Source: an uncultured Verrucomicrobiae bacterium (GTDB lineage Bacteria > Verrucomicrobiota > Verrucomicrobiia > Chthoniobacterales > JAFAMB01). Taken from it: a stretch of DNA of 64,000 nt. Of this stretch, positions 20,535-29,233 are shown in pieces (the first letter of the stretch is position 1; each line of letters opens with the position of its first letter). A model generated the notes under the pieces. It saw only the letters and a list, made by a program, of their open reading frames with translations. It searched no databases and was not told the origin of the DNA. The stretch is from contig CAWIPH010000002.1 in the NCBI GenBank assembly GCA_963837955.1, positions 1,664,001 to 1,728,000 on the forward strand, written 5' to 3'. A program made the position numbers and the translations under genes.

Positions 20535-22022
20535 TCAGACGAGGTTTACTTTTTGGGCAAGCCGCTTGGCCAGTGTGGCTCCGGAATGGAGACCACCTTC
20601 CATATAGCCGGGGAAAAGGAGGCTCGTGTATTCGCCCGCAAAGTGCATCCGATCTGCAAAACCTTCGCGCAATAGCGGGTACTTCGTCGTCACCTCTCCC
20701 AAGGCCGGATTACTGTACCCACAGAGGGTATATTTATCCGCCGGCCAATTCATGAACATCGATCTGTCGACGTTCGCTAAATAGCCGGGGTAAATTTTTT
20801 CCAATCTCCGCCCCAGAACCTCGGTGCGTACTTTTGGCGAGATCGCCAGACAACGCTGCGCGGCCAAACCGGCGGAAAATACGGTCAGACAGGCCGGGTC
20901 CTTTGGATCGGTCCGCTGCGCCTCCGTCCCTTCCCAGGTTGCACCGATCGGACCATTTGACATCGAATTGGCCGAAAGTCCGTCCGCGAGCCAGAATGGC
21001 CTTTTCACGCTGGATAGGTATTTGACGGCAGGCCCGGCTTGCACCTGGTAGGTTGAAGGAATTTTCGGATTTACGCTGAAGTTCTTCCAAGCGCTGGGAG
21101 GAACAGTAAGCACGACGATATCGCCCTCGAAAGTCGTTCCTCCCGCAGTGGAAACGGTAACGCGTTGGTCGCTGAGATGGATTTGCTCGACTGGTGCGCT
21201 TAGATGAATGCGGTCTAGGCCGATGGCCGCAGCCAACTTGGCCGCCAACCGCTGATTTCCTCCACGGCAACGAAACACCTCTGTCTCGGTCCAATACTGT
21301 TCCACTCCTCCGCCGGCGACCGAAGCAATAACTCCCAGATAGCTTTCATGTTTGGGAGATGCGGCGTTATCATTTCCGATCAGGGCGAGCAGACCTTGAC
21401 GCGTGCTCCGATCCAAAGGCCAAGTACGCGACACCTTTTCTAGCGAAAGATGATCCAATCTGCGTGCGTCGGGAGTCTTCCAGGGAGCTTTAAGATTTAC
21501 CGTCCGCGCGTCCGTATTCAATAATGACATCGCGTTACGGATCGAGTTCCAAAGCTCTACCAGTGCTTCGCCTTGATAGATGCAACCATTCAGCATGATC
21601 GGGGATCGGCCTGCTTCTGGCTCTGCCACGTCATCGAAGTGCAGACCGAACCGACCTGCGTAAGCCAGCCAGGTCGGATGATTGGAGCCAATCAATTCGC
21701 CGCCTGCTTCCACAACCCTGCCCTTAATGAATGAGTCCAGGGACAGCACTCTCCCGCCCAGGCGGGCGCGGGCCTCAAGCACGATCACATCGGCGCCTGC
21801 GCCCTGCAGTTCGAAAGCGCAGGCCAGTCCGGAAAACCCGGCTCCTATGATAATGACTCTTGGCCTGGATCCCCGCCGGCGGCGTTGTCCGAATGCCGTT
21901 TGACCGCTGAGGAAAAGACCTGCGCCTGCCGCCAGTGTCGTACGAAGAAACTGACGGCGGGTCCATGGATCAGGGGCTGCTCCCATCTGCCGCGCGAGTC
22001 TGGCGATTGCGGAGGGCTTCAT
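20535..22022 (-). CDS. Tat-exported flavin monoamine oxidase family protein
   Basis: Tat motif TRRQFL; GAGFSG, EARARLGGR, HFAGEYT...GYMEGG. Confidence 0.88.
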   Translation of the reverse strand: MKPSAIARLARQMGAAPDPWTRRQFLRTTLAAGAGLFLSGQTAFGQRRRRGSRPRVIIIGAGFSGLACAFELQGAGADVIVLEARARLGGRVLSLDSFIKGRVVEAGGELIGSNHPTWLAYAGRFGLHFDDVAEPEAGRSPIMLNGCIYQGEALVELWNSIRNAMSLLNTDARTVNLKAPWKTPDARRLDHLSLEKVSRTWPLDRSTRQGLLALIGNDNAASPKHESYLGVIASVAGGGVEQYWTETEVFRCRGGNQRLAAKLAAAIGLDRIHLSAPVEQIHLSDQRVTVSTAGGTTFEGDIVVLTVPPSAWKNFSVNPKIPSTYQVQAGPAVKYLSSVKRPFWLADGLSANSMSNGPIGATWEGTEAQRTDPKDPACLTVFSAGLAAQRCLAISPKVRTEVLGRRLEKIYPGYLANVDRSMFMNWPADKYTLCGYSNPALGEVTTKYPLLREGFADRMHFAGEYTSLLFPGYMEGGLHSGATLAKRLAQKVNLV

Positions 22023-22036
22023 CTAGGAGCGTCCAA

Positions 22037-22702
22037 CTATTGAAACTGCTCCTCTGCTAGCCAATTTCGGGCGTCCACCAGATTCTCGCACACATGCGTC
22101 GCCAACTGTTCCATCTCCGGAGTGGAGGGCAGCATGTCGGGGATGAGTAACACCCGCATATTCGCAGCCTTGGCTGCGCGAACACCACTATGAGCATCTT
22201 CAAAAACCAGACAATGGGACGGATCAATTCCCAGCGCCTTGGCTGCACTGAGAAATATGTCCGGATGGGGTTTTCCCCTGCTTACCATCTCTCCTCCGGT
22301 CAGATGCCGGAATTCCTTGAGGATACCGTGCTTAGCCAGACGGGCTTGCGCCTCGGCGCTCACTGTCGAAGTGGCCACCGCGCATGGGATATTCTTCTGG
22401 CGCGCCCATTCCAGCATTTCACGAACTCCCGGTTTGAGTGGAATGCCTTCCGTTTCCACGATCGCTTCGTAACGTGACCTTGCATCTTTTCGAAACTCGT
22501 CGATCGGAAATTGAGAACCAAAAACTTCTACCAGTCGCTTTTCGGAATCTGCGACTGTGATGCCAATTAGCATCAGGTAAATTTCATCGCTCAAATCAAA
22601 TCCAAGTCGTCGGGCAGCTTCGCTCCAGGACCGTTTGTAAACTCCCTCCGTGTCGAGAAGAAGTCCGTCCATATCGAAGATGAACGCTTCTATGTTTTTC
22701 AT
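22037..22702 (-). CDS. HAD family phosphatase (beta-PGM/CbbY-like)
   Basis: FDMDGLLLDTE, ATS, KPHPD, FEDA. Confidence 0.92.
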   Translation of the reverse strand: MKNIEAFIFDMDGLLLDTEGVYKRSWSEAARRLGFDLSDEIYLMLIGITVADSEKRLVEVFGSQFPIDEFRKDARSRYEAIVETEGIPLKPGVREMLEWARQKNIPCAVATSTVSAEAQARLAKHGILKEFRHLTGGEMVSRGKPHPDIFLSAAKALGIDPSHCLVFEDAHSGVRAAKAANMRVLLIPDMLPSTPEMEQLATHVCENLVDARNWLAEEQFQ

Positions 22703-22761
22703 TTTGCCAAGCCATGGGACCAGCGGACCCTTGCGCCGCTTTCGATCTGATTTTTCATAGT

Positions 22762-23322
22762 CTAACCGGGCAGTTTCGCGATCTCATCCGGTTCGACGGC
22801 CTGAAAAATATCAATCGCAGGATCGGCAAAAAAATTGTCGTGAGCTTCGTCGCACCACGTGCTCACCTCGCCGATCAGGCAATAGTCGGTTGCTGGGGCA
22901 AATTCGTGCCAGATTCCAGGTGTCAAGGTGATGCGTTCACCGGGCTGAAGAAGGAAGGGTTCACCCGATTTTACGGTGCGCTCCACTCCGTTTACTCGGA
23001 CAGCGACGGGATCAGTCGTCTCGGTTTCACGCGGGTTGGAAGACCAAAGCCAGAGCCGTAAGTTGCCCGCCCGGCAGATGATGTCCTCTTTTTTCTGGCC
23101 GTGGGTGTGAGCGGGCGTAACCATGTCCTTGCGCGCATACATGATTTTCTCACAATACTCGGGTTCGTTGGCGAGGAGCACTTCGACCAATCCGGCTTTT
23201 TTGTAATCGCCAAGCCCAAAGTCTGTTGCCGCCCACTGCGGTTTCGGCGGGAGCGCCCACTGATGTTTCGTGAAACAGATGGCTGCTTCGTTGCAAACAA
23301 GGTTGACTTCACTTTGCTTCAT
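22762..23322 (-). CDS. D-lyxose/D-mannose family sugar isomerase (cupin)
   Basis: YCEKIM, PAHTH..KKEDII, PGIWHEF, GEVST..DE..DNFF. Confidence 0.88.
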   Translation of the reverse strand: MKQSEVNLVCNEAAICFTKHQWALPPKPQWAATDFGLGDYKKAGLVEVLLANEPEYCEKIMYARKDMVTPAHTHGQKKEDIICRAGNLRLWLWSSNPRETETTDPVAVRVNGVERTVKSGEPFLLQPGERITLTPGIWHEFAPATDYCLIGEVSTWCDEAHDNFFADPAIDIFQAVEPDEIAKLPG

Positions 23323-23336
23323 AAACAGGCGGATTT

Positions 23337-24167
23337 TCAGGATTTGATAAACGCCAGAGCGTCCGAAGCCGATGCGTTCTCATGAATAACCGCCCGTAGA
23401 GCGCGTGCCATTTTCTCCGGCGTTTTGTGTTGAATGACATTCCGGCCATAGATGATCCCGGCTACGTCCTGCTTAACCAGCTTTTCGGTATGTTCCAGCA
23501 CCTCGCGATCAGAGGCCCGGCTTCCTCCCCGGACCGTAACGGGAACTCCGGACGCTGCTTCCACAACGCGATGAAACTCCTCCACCGGCGAGGTAGAGTC
23601 CGTCTTGATGATGTCGGCTCCTAATTCCGCTGCCACGCGAGCCAGGGTAACCACGCGATCCGGATTTTCATCACCTACATACCCATCCTTGGTTTTCTTG
23701 AAGGAAAGCGGCTCGAGTCCCAGCGGCATACCGTAGCGTTCACAATCACTTTTGACACGCAACACATTCTGCACGCACTGATTCAGCATCTCCGGGTGCT
23801 CCTCAATCTGCAGCAGGTTAAGCAGGATGCAGGCAGCATCAAGGCGTAGAGCCAGCTCGACAGCATTGTCAAAAACGCGACACTGCAGGTGTCCAGTCGG
23901 CACAGTGTCGCTGTAGAAATTGGCCGGATCTACGCGCAACATTAGCCCCGGTTTTCCTCGGCCCGGAAGGCGTTGCAGATGATGCGCCTCGCCGACAGAC
24001 AATAACACTCCGTCTGCGTTGGCCTGCGCAACCTTACCCACGATTTTCTGCATCTGCTCAATGCCTTCGAGAAACGCCGCATTATTAAAAAGCGCGTGAT
24101 CGATGGCCACAATCAAGGTCCGGTGAGACTCCGGATGAAAAAGGCGCTGAAGTCGGTATGCATTCAT
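23337..24167 (-). CDS. Class I aldolase, DhnA/LsrF family
   Basis: IVAIDH, AAELGADIIKT (Schiff-base Lys), RGG, IYGRNV. Confidence 0.88.
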   Translation of the reverse strand: MNAYRLQRLFHPESHRTLIVAIDHALFNNAAFLEGIEQMQKIVGKVAQANADGVLLSVGEAHHLQRLPGRGKPGLMLRVDPANFYSDTVPTGHLQCRVFDNAVELALRLDAACILLNLLQIEEHPEMLNQCVQNVLRVKSDCERYGMPLGLEPLSFKKTKDGYVGDENPDRVVTLARVAAELGADIIKTDSTSPVEEFHRVVEAASGVPVTVRGGSRASDREVLEHTEKLVKQDVAGIIYGRNVIQHKTPEKMARALRAVIHENASASDALAFIKS

Positions 24168-24553
24168 TGTATGAAGATGAGCGCTCGGGGGTAGAAAGGT
24201 TTGAGAAACGCGGAATCGCAACGCTGTCAAAAAAGGGGATTTCTGACAAGCTCGAGATTGGGATGGTTATGAAAATGCGGTTGTTCGAGGCGTTTATCAC
24301 TTGATTGCTAAGGCAACCGAAATTAAATCATGCGCCCCGTTTTTATCTCGCATCCGCAAGTGCTTTCTCGATAATTCGTCCTCGAATTTGTTAACGCCGC
24401 TTTTCGTAAAATAAATCGCGGATAAAGACGAAATAGAGACGATTCATTTGTGGCCATTCGTCGTTGCGCAATTTCGCCAGGAATGGTTGACCGCCTCGAG
24501 GACGACGACAGCCTGTCCGCCATAGTCCCGCGAACGCGTCGCGGCCGCGAGAC

Positions 24554-24692
24554 CCAACGCTGGGAGGGATCGCGTCCCCGCGATCCGTTGTGGCCGGACC
24601 CAAGCGCGTTTGTATACCAAGGGTTAAATTGCCTCCCCCAGGTTAGAGATCGTTTTCTCGGCGCGCGGGGACGCGCGCCCTCCCGGCGTTGG
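24554..24692. repeat. REP doublet (REPIN-like), GGAG type
   Basis: Inverted arms GGAG-GGATCGCG-TCCC-CGCGATCC and (reverse strand) GGAG-GGCGCGCG-TCCC-CGCGCGCC. Confidence 0.75.
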
Positions 24693-24860
24693 AGCTGGTG
24701 GTAGACATTCGGTGGCATTAGCGTGAGCCTTTTTCGGCACCAGAGGCGGAATCAAAACAATGCATCTCGTCAAAAACATTGCTCAGAAGCGTTCCGATCT
24801 CTTTTGCTTTTTTAGCAAGGTCGCCATCAAGAGCCATTCCTTGCGGCCCGGCCAAGCCCC

Positions 24861-26003
24861 CTATTGCTGAGGCCCCAGCGCGGACAAGATCGTTTTGCTG
24901 ACGACACCGAGGATCGGGGTTGATTGAGATTTGTTGTCGCGGTCGAGCCGGTTCACGTTGATGACGAGGGACGCGTCGAGCTTCTCGATGTAGTACATGT
25001 CGGAACTAAAACCATTGATCGTACCGGAGTGTCCATAAAAGCCGTGCCCTAAAGCCACGCCCTCTCCATAATCAGCGCCCGCTCCGACCAAAGGCTGACC
25101 CTGCAATTCTTCTTTCTGGGTTTCAGGTTTCAGCAGATCACCTCGGCACATCGCGCGCGAGAACACCAGCAGATCAGCAATGTTCGAAACGACCGCCCCG
25201 GCCGCTCCGGCCAAGTGAGGATTGAAAAGCGTCTTATCATCAAAACGCTTCGTGGAGGGATTCCAGCCGTATCCGCGTAGCGTACCCGGAATTCCGTTGC
25301 CGGTCGGGTACGATGTATGTCGCAGCTTTAGCGGGATGATCACGCTTTCGGTAATCAGAGTGCCGATGTCCTTGCCGGTGACACGCTGTACGATGCCGGC
25401 TAAGATGTCATAGTTGAAGTCCGTGTAGACGCCTTCGGTATCGGGCGGTTTGAAGTCGGCCTTCAGCCGCGCAAGGCGGCTGAGCTCGTCGGCGAGCGAT
25501 GGAGCCGGCGAGAGAGGATGGTCGTAGACCCGCGCCAAAACCTCGTCGTCATTCGGAGCCGGAATACCGCTGCGCATCCGTAGCAGATCGTCGACGGTAA
25601 TTCGATCGGCGTTGGGAAATTCTGGGTACCAGGTCGAAATTGGATCGGTTTTATGGAACAAGCCTCGATCGATCAGAGTAAGGACAGCGGTCGCGGCAAA
25701 CGTCTTGGTAATGCTGGCGACACGGAAAGGTTGATCAAAGCCCCGTGACGTGCGCGTCTTCAAATTCGCGAATCCTTCAACAAACGTGTATCCGCCTTTG
25801 CCGGGGACATGCACTCCGACCGCGACACTTGGTAACTTGTTCCGCTTGGCGATGTCCTCGATTTCGCGGTCTAGGTTGCGGGCAACGGCGGGAGTAAATA
25901 AGTCGTTCGAGCCGGCAGCAATCGTCCACGATGCGTTTGACTCGATAAGGACGAGCACGCAAAAGCAGGCTCGGAGTTTGAAGTTTTCGGAACGCGACCT
26001 CAT
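24861..26003 (-). CDS. Serine hydrolase, beta-lactamase/D-Ala-D-Ala carboxypeptidase family
   Basis: SxxK (ASITK), YTDFNY, GHSG; N-terminal signal-like segment. Confidence 0.88.
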   Translation of the reverse strand: MRSRSENFKLRACFCVLVLIESNASWTIAAGSNDLFTPAVARNLDREIEDIAKRNKLPSVAVGVHVPGKGGYTFVEGFANLKTRTSRGFDQPFRVASITKTFAATAVLTLIDRGLFHKTDPISTWYPEFPNADRITVDDLLRMRSGIPAPNDDEVLARVYDHPLSPAPSLADELSRLARLKADFKPPDTEGVYTDFNYDILAGIVQRVTGKDIGTLITESVIIPLKLRHTSYPTGNGIPGTLRGYGWNPSTKRFDDKTLFNPHLAGAAGAVVSNIADLLVFSRAMCRGDLLKPETQKEELQGQPLVGAGADYGEGVALGHGFYGHSGTINGFSSDMYYIEKLDASLVINVNRLDRDNKSQSTPILGVVSKTILSALGPQQ

Positions 26004-26183
26004 CGAGATTTCACGGGTAGTACGCCTTTTCCTTTTTTTACTAAAGCGATGATACGCTCTTTATCCTGTCATACTCAAGTTTCGGTTATACCTCATCACC
26101 GAGTTGCTAGACGTAATCCTTCGTGGTTTACGATTTAAATACAGTCCCTACCATTCAAGCCGCAGTCAATGAACTGAAACTGC

Positions 26184-26244
26184 GGTCGCAGTAAATACAC
26201 GGAGACCGTCGCGTACCAAGCCGACTAGTCACTAACTTTTAGAT
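26184..26244. repeat. Dispersed 61-bp repeat, copy B
   Basis: Matches 18057-18117. Confidence 0.8.
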
Positions 26245-26272
26245 CCCTTCCCCCAGCCAGATGAACTGCATC

Positions 26273-26898
26273 TTATGACTGGGCTTTTATCTGCCGCTTA
26301 CGGAACTGCGCAACTTTATGACGATTGCCGCAAACCGCCACGCTGCACCACTGGCGGCGGTGGTTCTTGGTGGTGTCGTAGAAATAGAGCACACATGAGG
26401 TGGTGTTGGCGCAGCGACGAAGATAATTCAGGTTTGCCTCAGCCAGGAAGATAGCGATCTGGCGGCCGAGAATAGCGAGTGCGAGTTCCCCCCCTTGAGC
26501 TGAGAATTGGAACGGACGAGGTGAACGCCCTTTCGCCCCTGGCGATGCAGTTTCTCGTGAAAAGTGTCCTCGGCCAGGAGTCGGTTTAACCGCTCAAGAA
26601 ATGCATCGCTGATCTTGCCTCCCGCGGCGAGCTCCGTCAGCACATCTTTCCAGGCCCGACGCAGTTCCACCACGCTCTTGAGCGCTTCCGCGCCGCGAGC
26701 GGCAGGCAAATTCAAGCTCGGATCCGTCGACAATCCCGTCTGGGAAAGCCAGTCCGCTAGATCGGACCAAGAGCGCAAAAGGTCCTCCAGATATCCATGG
26801 GGGACTGCGAGCGTATTGACAAAGTCGATGGCGGGATGCTCGCCGACAAAAACAAAGTCCGAACGATTTGGCCGTTTTCTTTTAGAGGTGGAAGGCAC
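26273..26898 (-). pseudogene. ABATE domain/CGNR zinc-finger regulator, frameshifted in a G7 run
   Basis: N-terminal GEHPAIDFVNT; the C-terminal RRCANTTSCVLYFYDTTKNHRRQWCSVAVCGNRHK is in another frame after C7 at 26488-26494. Confidence 0.85.
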
Positions 26899-26907
26899 TA
26901 AAGCATA

Positions 26908-26986
26908 GTAACCTTGAAAACATCGTTTGACGAGTTACAGCAATTGAGGCAAGAAGTAACCTACAAAGAAATAAATAGCAAGTTAC
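26908..26986. promoter_or_regulatory. Tandem operators GTAAC-N21-GTTAC (26908-26938 and 26956-26986)
   Basis: Two equally spaced inverted repeats between the CGNR gene and the divergent hydrolase. Confidence 0.65.
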
Positions 26987-27011
26987 AAATAGTGCGCTCG
27001 GGCTCCCCATC

Positions 27012-27887
27012 ATGAAAACAGCATCTATCTCCTACAAAACGGCACAGGTTAAGGGCTTCAAAATTTTTTATCGTGAAGCCGGCGATCCACAGGCATCCGC
27101 GGTGCTCCTACTTCACGGTTTTCCCACCTCAAGCCATATGTTCCGCAACTTGATCCCACAATTGGCTGGCGATTATCACGTCGTTGCCCCTGATCTGCCC
27201 GGGTTCGGTTTCTCCGACGCACCCGATCACAAAACCTTTGCCTATACGTTTGATCATTTGGCCGAGGTCATAGGGGATTTCGTCGAACAGATCGGTTTGA
27301 GAAAGTTTGCGGTCTACGTCTTCGATTATGGTGCTCCTGTCGGGTTTCGACTCGCGCTTCGCTATCCCGACCGGATCTCGGCGCTGATCTCTCAAAACGG
27401 CAACGCCTATGTCGAAGGTCTGAGCGACGACTGGGCTCCCGTCCGTGCCTACTGGGAAAATCCGAGTCAGCAAAACCGTGATGCTCTGCGTACCCTTTCA
27501 ACCCTGGAGATCACCCGTTGGCAATATCACCACGGCGTGACCAATGCTGAGGAACGCATTGCGCCTGAAGCTATCATTCTCGACCAAACTCTATTGGATC
27601 GTCCGCAGAGCCCCGAGATTCAACTCGATCTCATCGGTGACTACAAAAGCAACGTTGCGCTTTATCCCAAGTTTCAGGAATTCTTCCGCAGCCACCGGCT
27701 GCCGACGCTGGCGCTATGGGGAAAGAACGACCCCTTCTTTCTTCCGGCCGGAGCGGAAGCTTTTCGTCGAGACAATCCGAGCGCGAAGGTCGTCTTCTAC
27801 GACACGGGGCATTTCGCTCTGGAGACTCATGCGGCGGAAATCGGCGCCGAGATTCGCTCCTTTTTGAGCAGCATTCATAGGGGCTGA
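27012..27887 (+). CDS. Alpha/beta hydrolase (epoxide hydrolase/dehalogenase-like)
   Basis: LHGFP, PDLPGFGFS, FDYGA nucleophile elbow, WGKND, TGHF. Confidence 0.92.
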   Translation: MKTASISYKTAQVKGFKIFYREAGDPQASAVLLLHGFPTSSHMFRNLIPQLAGDYHVVAPDLPGFGFSDAPDHKTFAYTFDHLAEVIGDFVEQIGLRKFAVYVFDYGAPVGFRLALRYPDRISALISQNGNAYVEGLSDDWAPVRAYWENPSQQNRDALRTLSTLEITRWQYHHGVTNAEERIAPEAIILDQTLLDRPQSPEIQLDLIGDYKSNVALYPKFQEFFRSHRLPTLALWGKNDPFFLPAGAEAFRRDNPSAKVVFYDTGHFALETHAAEIGAEIRSFLSSIHRG

Positions 27888-28016
27888 AGAAATCCAAAAA
27901 GCCAACAGGCGATTGCTTTAGAAAGGTGAAAGTCCGATGTCTGCAGGCGGCTTTTGCGCAGTTACGCGCGCACGGACTTCGCCGACATCATCACCGTCTC
28001 GCCCGGTCCCGATAGT

Positions 28017-28082
28017 CAGCGTAACATCTTCACAATCCTGAATGAGAACATCTCAACCTCGGACGAGTATGACATTGTGGTG
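28017..28082 (+). pseudogene. Dead 5' stub duplicating the start of the reductase gene at 29234
   Basis: 57/66 identity to 29213-29278; ATG changed to CTG; reads NENISTSDEYDIVV then TAG. Confidence 0.85.
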
Positions 28083-28095
28083 TAGGGGATTGCTT

Positions 28096-29052
28096 CTAGC
28101 TATGATCGAGTCGTTCCATGGCTGATTTCAGCGCTTCGACACTCTTTTCTAACCCTATCTGTTCCTCTTTATTTGCCTCAATTTCGAACTCATTCAGAAT
28201 ACCGCTCCGACCCACTCGGCGTGGTAAGGAAAGTGTGACCGAATACCTTTCGCTGTAAGCGGAAACTGGAATCACCGAGCACTCGTCTCGCAGGATAATT
28301 TCGACGATTCGGGCAATAGCGGTTCCAATCGCAAACTCGCTCGCACCTTTGCCCTTGATTATGTTGATATTACCTTGCCGGACATAGTCTTCGACTGACC
28401 TGTGCAGCGCTTGCCCGTCAATGCGTCGTTCGTCCAGATAGGACTCGAGCGGCACGCCACCTATGGTCACTTTGGACCACCAAAGCACAGAGGTTAGGCC
28501 ATGCTCTCCCAGGACTAAGGCGGACACAGCTTCCGGAGCGACTTCTAAATGCTGAGCTAACGCTGTCTTAAACCGAAGGCTATCTAGGAACGTACCGGTC
28601 CCCAGCACCGCGTTCCCGTTCGCAAGACGTCGAGTCAGCTCGACCATTGGATCCAGCGGATTCGTGCCAACGAGTAATATAGCATTGGGAGTCGCACCGA
28701 TTATCTTGGGAACGACATCGACAAAGATCGGATGATTCGTATCGAGTAACCTAAGACGTCCTTCCTTGTCCCCAGGCCGATCAGCGCCGCCTGCTCTCTC
28801 GTTGATTCCGGGTGTTAGCACTACCAACTCCGCTCCGGCTAGATCCAGGTAGTCTCCTGCCCGGACCTTTGGCCCAGATATCGCCGCGCTGGTCTGGCTG
28901 ATATCTAGTGCCTGGGAAACGGCTAATTGACGGTCCGCATCAATGAGGACCATCTCTCGGCACGAATTCCGCAACGCCATATTTAACGCCGCGCTCGCAC
29001 CGACATGACCAACCCCGACGACTCCGACTTTCATTAAACTGATTTTCCTCAC
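28096..29052 (-). CDS. L-lactate/malate dehydrogenase family 2-hydroxyacid dehydrogenase
   Basis: GVGHVG, TNPLD, GTGTFLDSLR, LGEHG; start 29052 or 29034. Confidence 0.88.
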   Translation of the reverse strand: MRKISLMKVGVVGVGHVGASAALNMALRNSCREMVLIDADRQLAVSQALDISQTSAAISGPKVRAGDYLDLAGAELVVLTPGINERAGGADRPGDKEGRLRLLDTNHPIFVDVVPKIIGATPNAILLVGTNPLDPMVELTRRLANGNAVLGTGTFLDSLRFKTALAQHLEVAPEAVSALVLGEHGLTSVLWWSKVTIGGVPLESYLDERRIDGQALHRSVEDYVRQGNINIIKGKGASEFAIGTAIARIVEIILRDECSVIPVSAYSERYSVTLSLPRRVGRSGILNEFEIEANKEEQIGLEKSVEALKSAMERLDHS

Positions 29053-29233
29053 TTCTTCATCCTAAGCAGTCTCTCCGCCGCCGAATGAGCAGCGACCAGG
29101 CGGCATTTCCTTGGGGAGGTTAACGCCAGGCGTTTGGGATCACCATTGACTGAATGGATGTTTTTTTCTTACCGAAAGGAGCACTTGTTCGCCGAAACTT
29201 TTGGTACGAAATCAGCATAACCTCTACACAACT

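Noticed and set aside
24323..24718. ORFs of 70-131 aa over the GC-rich intergenic region
   Set aside because: They run through palindromic repeats and have no recognisable protein features
18057..26244. Canonical integron attC sites
   Set aside because: They lack the RYYYAAC/GTTRRRY cores and no integrase is present; kept only as an unexplained structured repeat
29201..29217. Sigma-54 promoter TTGGTACGAAATCAGCA
   Set aside because: GG-N10-GC spacing fits but the -12 element (CAGC) is poor and no enhancer-binding protein is nearby
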